From the IMG/VR virus record IMGVR_UViG_3300024308_000016, positions 124,001 through 188,000 of that record: a stretch of 64,000 bases of DNA. One strand, given 5' to 3'. Both the position numbers and the translations under genes were made by a program. This document shows positions 28,031-36,145 of this stretch, one piece after another; positions within the stretch are counted from its first letter, which is position 1; each line of letters starts with the position of its first letter. Below the pieces are notes generated by a model. That model was not told the DNA's origin. It did no database searches and saw only the letters and a program-made list of their open reading frames with translations.

Positions 28031-29506
28031 ATGAGTGCCCGTCACTTCATCGCCACGTTCGAAGCCGAACTGGCGGTCAACAAGCTGGAGCAAGAAACGA
28101 TCGCCGCTGAAGGGGAATCCCCCAAGCAGTACGAGGAGTTCATCCAGCAAACGGAAGCCGAGGCGATCGAGAAAAAGGATGAGCTCGTCGAGGAGCAAAA
28201 GGAAGAAGATGAGTTCTCCGACCCAGATGCCGAGATGGGAGACGGCCAAGGTGGTGAGGGTGGTGATCAAGGCGATCCTGGCGACCTTGATGACTCTAGC
28301 GATCTTGGTGACAGTGGCGACAGCGATGGCGATAGTGGCGGCGAGGATGATCCGCAAGAGGTGGATGACGCCGACGCCATCGACGATGCCGAGGCACAAG
28401 CTGACCTCGCCGAAGAAAAAGCTGCCACCTCCGAAAACCTGAACGCCATCACCACGGGTCTGGGGCAGGCGGCATCCTTTGTGACCGCCTCTCTCAGCGA
28501 CCTGATGATGGGCCTAGGTCGTCTGGGTATCAAGTATACCCCGATCCTGGGCACTATGATGTACAAGGGCGTTATCTGGATGTTCTCGCGTACCGGCACG
28601 CTGCTATACCGCACCGGTGTGTCGATCGGCAAGTACATCGAGAGCAACTACAACTCAGCCACTCGACTCAGCGATCGCCTGGACAGCTGTATGGATCGCC
28701 TGAACGCGCTGGTGGAGAACTCCGTGCAGCGTCCCAAGGAGCCGTACCGCAACAAGGCCGTGATCAATCGCATCAAGGTGGGTAAGCGCCTGACCGTGGC
28801 CTACAACCTGGACCAAACCCGTACGGGCCTGGAGACGGTAATCAAATCTCTGGTGGAGGAGGCCAAGAATGGCTACAACATCATCGAAAAGCTCGCCGAG
28901 ACCAATCCCCACAATGGACCAAAGCACCTGGATGCTTTGCTGGAAGTCAACGCCAGCACACTCAAGGGTATGAGTCCCGGGTATGCGGATGGCTTCAAAG
29001 ATGACACAGGCTTGGTCCTGCAGTACAAGAGCGTGGATGTCTATCCAGGTGACATGGTCTTCATGCTCAATGCACCCCAGTGCCGCAACCGGGAGATGGA
29101 ATCCATCGCCCAGGCTTATCGAGAAGCCTCGTCTTTTTTGGCGGTCGACACTGCCTCCATCAAGCTCATCGAGCAGATGGACTATATGAGCCCCCATGAC
29201 CTGGTCAGGGTGGTGCAATCGGCTCGCCGGTTGGTGGAGATGATGAGATCCCTGGACTCCACGTACAAGGAGCTCCAAAAGGTCCAACCCTCTCTGGCAT
29301 ATAGTGTGAAGAAGTTGTTTCTTCAATTGGCCGATGACGAAGCGAAGACTCGTTTGTCTTCGTCGTATATCGAGCCGATGTATTTGCGGTCGTCACTCGC
29401 CTCCAGTGTGCTGATTCACGGCGTCATGGATTTGAATACTTATGTATCCAGATTGGTGGCAGCGAGCGTTCAGCTTGTCGAGGATCACATCCGGAAAATG
29501 TCCTAA
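28031..29506 (+). CDS. Head protein with a very acidic Gly/Asp-rich propeptide (phiKZ gp92-like)
   Basis: 491 aa; D/E/G-rich residues about 40-130 ending AATSE, a candidate cleavage site. Confidence 0.8.
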   Translation: MSARHFIATFEAELAVNKLEQETIAAEGESPKQYEEFIQQTEAEAIEKKDELVEEQKEEDEFSDPDAEMGDGQGGEGGDQGDPGDLDDSSDLGDSGDSDGDSGGEDDPQEVDDADAIDDAEAQADLAEEKAATSENLNAITTGLGQAASFVTASLSDLMMGLGRLGIKYTPILGTMMYKGVIWMFSRTGTLLYRTGVSIGKYIESNYNSATRLSDRLDSCMDRLNALVENSVQRPKEPYRNKAVINRIKVGKRLTVAYNLDQTRTGLETVIKSLVEEAKNGYNIIEKLAETNPHNGPKHLDALLEVNASTLKGMSPGYADGFKDDTGLVLQYKSVDVYPGDMVFMLNAPQCRNREMESIAQAYREASSFLAVDTASIKLIEQMDYMSPHDLVRVVQSARRLVEMMRSLDSTYKELQKVQPSLAYSVKKLFLQLADDEAKTRLSSSYIEPMYLRSSLASSVLIHGVMDLNTYVSRLVAASVQLVEDHIRKMS

Positions 29507-29683
29507 TCAGTTGGAACATTTGCCGACGCCCCAATCTGTGGAGTCTGCAAATGCCCTGAGAAGGCACCCCCTGGCGACCGCGATAGTTAGAAACATCCGT
29601 CAATTCGCTGGATCCCCCGCGACTGCCTGAGCTCCCCAGCTTGGGAATTTTGTCAAACCTTTCCCCTATCTTGGAGAAAACAC

Positions 29684-31000
29684 ATGTCGTTCAAACTCGG
29701 CGCAGCTGTCGCCACCATGGAAAATCTGTCCGAAGAAGGCGCTCTGGGCGCCACCGAGGACGCCCTCGAAGCCGCGGAAACCGCGGTCGACGTTGCTGAA
29801 GGCAACACCGAAGTCGTCGCTGAAGCCGGCGAGATCGACAACCTGGACACCGGCATCGAAGACGCCTTCGAAGCCGTCGACAAGGTCGAAGAGCTCAAGG
29901 ACATCGCCGAAGAAACCATGCAAGAAGGCGGCATGGACGAAGCCACCGCCAAGGCCGTGGAAGTCGCCCACGAATCCATCATGGCCGCCATCGGCATGAG
30001 CCACCGCCACAGCGGCCGCACCGACAGCCCCGTGCTGAGCACCGAGTCCTACCGCTCCGCTCAATCGCGCTCGGCCGCCACCAAGCTCACGATCGAAAAG
30101 CTGTCCGAATCGGCCGGCAAGATCATCGAGAACATCAAGCGCGCGCTGAAGCACGCCTGGAACATGGTGCAGAACTTCTTCGCCGGCATCATGCGCAACC
30201 GCGCCTTGATGGAAAAGCACCTGAACTCCCTGGATGCCAAGGTCAAGGGCATCGCTGCTGGTTCCACCATGAAGTCCGACAAGGTCAAGGGCGGCGCCAA
30301 TGGCATCCGCATCGACGGCAAGGCCGACGCCGACACCGCTTCCAAGGTCCTGCAGTCGGCCTCCAGCCTGCTGAGCGCATCGCAAACCGTGGCCGCTGAA
30401 GTGGGCAAGGCTTCGCTGAACGACGACGGCACCGCCGGCAAGTGGGTCGCCGACTTCGGCACCAAGCTGAGCACCGCCGTGCACCGTCTGGGCAACAACG
30501 GCAAGGCCGAAGGCAAGGACGCTTACGGCTATCTGGCTGGCGGCCGCGCGCTGGTCATCGATGGCGGCACCGATGAGCAGGCCGCTCGTGTGTCCATCGT
30601 CGAAGTGGGCAAGAAGGTCGAAGAAGCTTCGGCTCCTTCCATCGACCAGATGAAGCGCCTGGTCACCCAGGCCAAGACCGTGCTGAATGAACTGCGCGCC
30701 TACGAAAAGTCGATCGGCGACCTGCGCAAGGGCTCCGAGCTGGCCATCAAGGCCCTGGACCACGCCTCCAGCATGACGTCCAAGGCGCAAGACCCCGACG
30801 ACAAGGCCGCCACCGAAGCCGCTGGCAAGGCCCGTGACGGCGTCAAGAAGGCTGCTCGCACCGTGATCACCGCCATGAACAAGTTCGGCGGCCCGATCCC
30901 CGGCTCGGCATTCGCCGCTGTGAAGGCCACCGCCGACTACGTGACGGCCGGCGTCAACAACTACGGCGCGGCCGGCGAGAAGAAGGACGAGAAGAAGTAA
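29684..31000 (+). CDS. Internal head (ejection) protein of the phiKZ gp93-97 family
   Basis: 438 aa; acidic propeptide, STES...TIE sites, then KIIENIKRALKHAW amphipathic start; very strong codon bias suggests high expression. Confidence 0.85.
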   Translation: MSFKLGAAVATMENLSEEGALGATEDALEAAETAVDVAEGNTEVVAEAGEIDNLDTGIEDAFEAVDKVEELKDIAEETMQEGGMDEATAKAVEVAHESIMAAIGMSHRHSGRTDSPVLSTESYRSAQSRSAATKLTIEKLSESAGKIIENIKRALKHAWNMVQNFFAGIMRNRALMEKHLNSLDAKVKGIAAGSTMKSDKVKGGANGIRIDGKADADTASKVLQSASSLLSASQTVAAEVGKASLNDDGTAGKWVADFGTKLSTAVHRLGNNGKAEGKDAYGYLAGGRALVIDGGTDEQAARVSIVEVGKKVEEASAPSIDQMKRLVTQAKTVLNELRAYEKSIGDLRKGSELAIKALDHASSMTSKAQDPDDKAATEAAGKARDGVKKAARTVITAMNKFGGPIPGSAFAAVKATADYVTAGVNNYGAAGEKKDEKK

Positions 31001-31031
31001 TTCTTCAAAGCCTGACACTCAGCGATGACTG

Positions 31032-31071
31032 ATACTCCTCCCGGGCCTTCGGGCCTGGGAGGAGTATTTTT
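31032..31071 (+). terminator. Intrinsic terminator
   Basis: ATACTCCTCCCGGGCC-TTCG-GGCCTGGGAGGAGTAT followed by Ts. Confidence 0.88.
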
Positions 31072-31138
31072 GTTGTCCTGTCTTCGGCAGACAGGGGCGA
31101 TCGTATCGTATGGTCCATCTTTTTATAGGGAGTCATGC

Positions 31139-32767
31139 ATGCCAGTGGTAAACATGTCGCTCAACAACACCTCTCAGTCCTTCGTTCGCCCTGTGGTGAT
31201 CGAGATCGTCAACCAGGTGATGGCAGCGACCAAGATAGACAAGAAGGTCCCCATCTTCTATGGCGGAGAGATGGGGCTGCAGCAAGCGGCAGGCTCTGGT
31301 GTTGACCAGGCCGATAATCGCCGAGCGCGCTTTGAGGCACTGCGCCGTATGGTGATTGAAGAAGAAGAGGTGTATGCTGAAGACCAGCATACTACCGACA
31401 TCGTGGGTAAGATCAACAACATCCCCATTTTTGCAGATCGTGCACTCGGTGTATACATCCTCCCCACCTACACCACCACAACCATGAACGTCAAGTTCAG
31501 GTACGAGACTCGCTCTAAGGAGGAGTGCCTTCGCTGGAGGCAGGAGATGACAATGAAGTACATGATGCTGCGCATCTCACTGATGCACCAGATCACGTAC
31601 TCGTATACACTACCTGAGCCTATCTGGGAGCTGGTGGAGAACATCTACGAATGCCGTGAAGCTGTCGCTGGCTACGGGGAGATGTTTGGGGAATACCTCA
31701 ACAAGTGCATGACCAACCGCCTCACCGTGATCGGCAATGAGAACGGTAAGAACCGGCAGTTCGCTGTTACTGAGCGTCAAGACCGTATCCAGGGCTTCTT
31801 TGACTTCACTACAGATCCTCACAAGCCTGAGTACGAGGGTGACAAGGGTGTGTGGGTGATCGAGTTCACTTACAGCTTCACCTACCAAAAGCCAGTCGGT
31901 GTGGACACCTGGTTTCCCATCATGGTGCACAACCAGTTCTTGAAGGACAAGTTCTTGGACTTCCAGCCCATGACGCTCACTCGTGATCCCTATATGCGGG
32001 ATATCCGGGATTGGTCGCTGGGGATGTTCGAGACAGGTCAGACTCTGGGCGTGATCAAGCCCCGTTACCCGTACTTGCGTATTCCGCAAGACGATGATTT
32101 CAACATCACCAACCCAAGCCCCGGCACTGGCACGTTCTTGCTGGTGTTGATGAAGCTGTCCGCCGATGGCGACAATACCTTCAACTTGAAGGAGCTCGGA
32201 GACACAGTGATCGATCCAGCTATCTTGAAGTGGCTGGAAGACGGGGAATGGAGGCACATCGGCAGGTTCGGCTCCTCCATCATCCAAGCGGAGGTCTACA
32301 AGAACGACCAACGACTGGCGGATCCTACCGTCTCGGTCGACAAAGACTTGAATGTGAAGCTACATGTGAAGATCGATCTGCGCTGCACTTATCGCGTCAG
32401 GTTCTCCCTGGTGACAGATCTGTCGTTCCTGCAGCTCGATGCATTCGAGCGCCTGCAGTGCCATCCCAAAGCGTTTGTCCGGATACTGGGAGCGATCAAC
32501 GAGCTGCTGTTGTACAGGTCGGACTTCCAAAGGCTGGGCAACCAGCAGCATATCTACCCGTGGCAGCTCACACGGGTCTACGAGGTGATCACGGGCACCC
32601 CAATCACCAACGGCTATGGAGGCTTTACCTCCGGCAGATGCCAGCCCAATTGGCAGGAGGGCTTTCTCGCTATCCCCGAGAAGGTAATCGAGCAAGCCCG
32701 GCGAGTACGCAAGAAACTCAAGACGGTGATGAACTACACCACCATCGCACACAGACAAGGAGAGTAA
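31139..32767 (+). CDS. Virion structural protein (phiKZ gp98-like)
   Basis: Start moved to ATG 31139 (GGGAG upstream); 542 aa; syntenic. Confidence 0.78.
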   Translation: MPVVNMSLNNTSQSFVRPVVIEIVNQVMAATKIDKKVPIFYGGEMGLQQAAGSGVDQADNRRARFEALRRMVIEEEEVYAEDQHTTDIVGKINNIPIFADRALGVYILPTYTTTTMNVKFRYETRSKEECLRWRQEMTMKYMMLRISLMHQITYSYTLPEPIWELVENIYECREAVAGYGEMFGEYLNKCMTNRLTVIGNENGKNRQFAVTERQDRIQGFFDFTTDPHKPEYEGDKGVWVIEFTYSFTYQKPVGVDTWFPIMVHNQFLKDKFLDFQPMTLTRDPYMRDIRDWSLGMFETGQTLGVIKPRYPYLRIPQDDDFNITNPSPGTGTFLLVLMKLSADGDNTFNLKELGDTVIDPAILKWLEDGEWRHIGRFGSSIIQAEVYKNDQRLADPTVSVDKDLNVKLHVKIDLRCTYRVRFSLVTDLSFLQLDAFERLQCHPKAFVRILGAINELLLYRSDFQRLGNQQHIYPWQLTRVYEVITGTPITNGYGGFTSGRCQPNWQEGFLAIPEKVIEQARRVRKKLKTVMNYTTIAHRQGE

Positions 32768-32768
32768 G

Positions 32769-34142
32769 ATGGCTATCGCTACACGCACGCCGGTCACCGA
32801 CGTGACGCCCAAGCCCACGATGCCCTATGCGTACACCGACAACTACAAAGGGTTGATGTACGATAACAACCATACTCCACTGGTGAGCCTGATCTCCTAC
32901 ATGGATGGCTCTCCGTGGACGGTGCAGTCGTACTTTCGGCAGAGCTTGGGCGAGCACAACGACCTGAAGATGCTCGACACAGTACTGGACGCAGAGTTCC
33001 AGGGCTACGAGCGGATCGACAAGCTGGAGATCCTCGTGGACACAGATCTGCAGTCCTCCAGCGATACTGTCCAGCAAGTGACCAAGACCAACGGCGCGGG
33101 TATGATCTACCCGTTCTTTGTTCCTAATGTCAATGACTATTTTATCGCGGTCACGGGCTTTCGGAACATGGGTCTGTTCCGGGTAACCAATGTCGACCGC
33201 CGTACCTTCCGTACGGACTCGGTGCACTACATCGAGTACACGATGGTTGGGTATCTGGACGATCTACCCAATGAAGCTGCCTCCTTGAAGGAGAAGACCG
33301 TGCGCACGTACGTTTTCTCCAGGGAGCGGCTGATGGAAGGGCTTGCCCCCATCCTGAAGACGGAGGTCTTCGAAGCCATAGGCGATCTGCGTTATGAGTA
33401 CGAGGCCATGGGTCGCTACTACCTTGACAACTTCCTTGACCGGGGAGCCAAGACGTTGATCTATCCGGGTCAGACCAACCACCGCATCTACGACCCATTT
33501 TTGGTGCAGTTCGTGATGCAGACGTTCAGCTACGACACGTTCGATGCCATCATCAACATGAAGCAGCTGAACAAGGATGGCAACCGGTATCTGGATCAGC
33601 CTCAGTTCTGGGATGTAATGATCAACCAAAACTGGGCAGAGCTCAAGTTCTGCAACCAGGTCATGGGCTTTGCCCGTACTGGTCAGTTCGATCCCAACAC
33701 GTACATCAAGAGCTTGGCCTTCCAGCGCGTGGACTATGTGGTGTTCCCGGATCAACCCGACATCTCCACGCGTTCGTATGACGATGAGCTCCCACTTCCC
33801 GTGGTCAAAGGCATCGCAGTCAAGACCACCAACGGCCGAGGCAAGACGCTCACTACCATCGAGAAGTCCTACTCGCTGGCCAACAAGCTCATCCCCAGCT
33901 ATCCCATGATCTTGGACGATGAACACTACGTGCTGTCCAAGAACTTCTATGACAACAAGGGAAGTGATCTGTCGCTGTTGGAGATCATGACACGCGACTA
34001 TATCCATCGCCGCACACTGGACCTCAAGCAGATCCTGCATATGGTCAAGCTGTATCCCTCCATGGAGAGGCTGGAGCAGTTTTACTATATCCCGATCCTG
34101 ATGACGCTGGTGCGCTACTTTGAAAAGAGTGCATACACATGA
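32769..34142 (+). CDS. Virion structural protein (phiKZ gp99-like; possibly neck)
   Basis: 457 aa; GGAG SD; PFFVPNVNDYF...YIEY pattern. Confidence 0.78.
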   Translation: MAIATRTPVTDVTPKPTMPYAYTDNYKGLMYDNNHTPLVSLISYMDGSPWTVQSYFRQSLGEHNDLKMLDTVLDAEFQGYERIDKLEILVDTDLQSSSDTVQQVTKTNGAGMIYPFFVPNVNDYFIAVTGFRNMGLFRVTNVDRRTFRTDSVHYIEYTMVGYLDDLPNEAASLKEKTVRTYVFSRERLMEGLAPILKTEVFEAIGDLRYEYEAMGRYYLDNFLDRGAKTLIYPGQTNHRIYDPFLVQFVMQTFSYDTFDAIINMKQLNKDGNRYLDQPQFWDVMINQNWAELKFCNQVMGFARTGQFDPNTYIKSLAFQRVDYVVFPDQPDISTRSYDDELPLPVVKGIAVKTTNGRGKTLTTIEKSYSLANKLIPSYPMILDDEHYVLSKNFYDNKGSDLSLLEIMTRDYIHRRTLDLKQILHMVKLYPSMERLEQFYYIPILMTLVRYFEKSAYT

Positions 34143-34759
34143 CCCAATCTCTGAGCAAGCAGCACCGAAACATCACCCGTATCTGGGTCGATCTGTATCG
34201 AGTGCTTGTACCCGCTGGCCGAGTCCGCTCCGTGGAGAGTCAACTCGGCCGGCCAGACCTTTTGACAGGTGACCGGCGTATCGATGATATGCAAGTCAAG
34301 GCGTTGACTCCCATCTACGTTACAATTGACGACATGGTGGAGTACTTCCGCGAGGGCACGGAAGTGCGCCTCACGAACGATCTGGACGCTGTCAAGATCT
34401 TCGACGCACTCATGGACCACGTGGGTTGCTGGAAGAGCGCACTGCAGACAGTCCTGAATGTGGGCGATGCTCCTGTAGAGGACCTGATCCTCATGGAGGA
34501 GTTTGCCGTGAGCATTTATGACATCGCCAAGTTCCGCATCTTCGAGGACAAGCGCGGTGATCTGATCCGCCGTATGAACAAGGGCTTCCGCCACTTTGGC
34601 GGTTTGCAGCGCACCACTACCTCGACACGCCGCCCAGCACCGGTCATGAAAGACAAGACCAACCTGGAAATCGATCAACTGCGCTACGAGCCCTCTCTGG
34701 ATGTGCTGCAGCGCGTAGCCGTGGAGCAAAGCATCAACCATGCCGATCGGGGATATTGA
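34139..34759 (+). CDS. Conserved hypothetical protein
   Basis: 206 aa; ATGA overlap with the upstream gene. Confidence 0.75.
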   Translation: MTQSLSKQHRNITRIWVDLYRVLVPAGRVRSVESQLGRPDLLTGDRRIDDMQVKALTPIYVTIDDMVEYFREGTEVRLTNDLDAVKIFDALMDHVGCWKSALQTVLNVGDAPVEDLILMEEFAVSIYDIAKFRIFEDKRGDLIRRMNKGFRHFGGLQRTTTSTRRPAPVMKDKTNLEIDQLRYEPSLDVLQRVAVEQSINHADRGY

Positions 34760-36143
34760 ATATACCCCACTATGGCAAGATGTAAAGGCCACCGTGTACT
34801 CGGGGCCTAAGCAAGTCAAGTTTGACTACTTTGTCATGGTGCATACCGAGCAAGGGGACTTCAATGTCTTCAAGCTCATCACGCTCGAAGACGAGTGTGA
34901 CTACGCCAATATGATCGGCTCCAACGTCAACTTGCAGTTCCAAGTGGGCCTGGGCGACTACCTGCTACGTCTGTATCCGTTTCGCGCCAACCTGGAGGTC
35001 AGTATCAAGAAAGTCCCACAACTGGAGACTGGAGGTACTGACATGGAGAAAGACGTCTCGGTAGTGCGCTACAAGGCAATCTTGAAGCCCGGCAAGAATG
35101 TGGAGCCCACCGGTACACGGATCACGGATCATGACTACCAGACACTGAATACATCCAACTTGGTTGATGTGTTTATCGAACTGCAAGACCGAAACTTTGA
35201 GCCTCTACGTCTGAAGACTTTCCCAGGTGGCACGTTCACCAATCTGACCGTCAAGGACATCATGACGGTGTGCGTGTTCGGAGAGTCCAAAAACGTACTG
35301 GTCGACGGCGCGGTGCCTGTGGATGGTATCGACATCGTGGAGCCTGACAACACCGCTCGTATCCCGTACTTGATCATGCCCAACATGAAAGCGGCCATGA
35401 TCCCTACATACCTGCAAGAGCGCTCGCTGGGTGTGTACAACGCGGGACTGGGCACCTTCTATCAACGGTACAAGGACAAGAGCTACTGGTACATCTACTC
35501 GCTGTTCAATCCTGAGCGGTTTGACGAGGACGTGGACCGGATGGTGTTCTTTGCGATGCCCAAGGAAAGGTTCCCAGGGATTGATCGCACCTATCGGCAA
35601 GAAGGCAAGATCACATATGTGGTAGTTACGGGAGACCGGGGTTACACGGACAGCGGGGACCTGACGGACGTCAACGAAGGTATCGGCTTTCGGATGCCCG
35701 ATGCCAACGCCATGATGAAAAAGCCTGTTGTCATGACAGAGCAAGGCCCCAAGGCTGACCGAGCACGGCTAAATACCGAAGTGGCTGGTAGAAAGCGCGC
35801 CGACGGAAACATCTTCGCGCCGGTGGTCACCAACTCCGCCAATCCGTACCGCCTCTACAGCCAGCTGGCTTGCCGCCAGCTCGCCCGAGTCGACGTGGTC
35901 TGGGAGAACTCTGATCCCGATCTCATCTACCCGGGCATGCCATGCAAGTATGTCTTCATGGACAAAGAAGAGTACAAAGAGCTCAAAGGCATCATCGTGT
36001 ACAAGTACTCCTGTCATTCATTGGTGGGGCGACCTGTCGTCTCAAGTACTTATCGCACCTCCACTCAAGTCACCATCATGCTGGAGCAGTTTATGGATCC
36101 TCCCCCGGAGCAGCCAACCATGAACGCCCCAGGAAAGTTCTAA
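34740..36143 (+). CDS. Virion structural protein (phiKZ gp101-like; possibly baseplate hub)
   Basis: 467 aa; GVYNAGLG.FYQ and WENSDPDLIYPGMPCK motifs. Confidence 0.78.
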   Translation: MPIGDIEYTPLWQDVKATVYSGPKQVKFDYFVMVHTEQGDFNVFKLITLEDECDYANMIGSNVNLQFQVGLGDYLLRLYPFRANLEVSIKKVPQLETGGTDMEKDVSVVRYKAILKPGKNVEPTGTRITDHDYQTLNTSNLVDVFIELQDRNFEPLRLKTFPGGTFTNLTVKDIMTVCVFGESKNVLVDGAVPVDGIDIVEPDNTARIPYLIMPNMKAAMIPTYLQERSLGVYNAGLGTFYQRYKDKSYWYIYSLFNPERFDEDVDRMVFFAMPKERFPGIDRTYRQEGKITYVVVTGDRGYTDSGDLTDVNEGIGFRMPDANAMMKKPVVMTEQGPKADRARLNTEVAGRKRADGNIFAPVVTNSANPYRLYSQLACRQLARVDVVWENSDPDLIYPGMPCKYVFMDKEEYKELKGIIVYKYSCHSLVGRPVVSSTYRTSTQVTIMLEQFMDPPPEQPTMNAPGKF

Positions 36144-36145
36144 CT

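Noticed and set aside
29134-29140. Canonical slippery heptamer T TTT TTG in the 491-aa head gene
   Set aside because: The -1 frame stops about 17 codons later (TGA ending 29189), and this part of the gene uses T-rich codons generally
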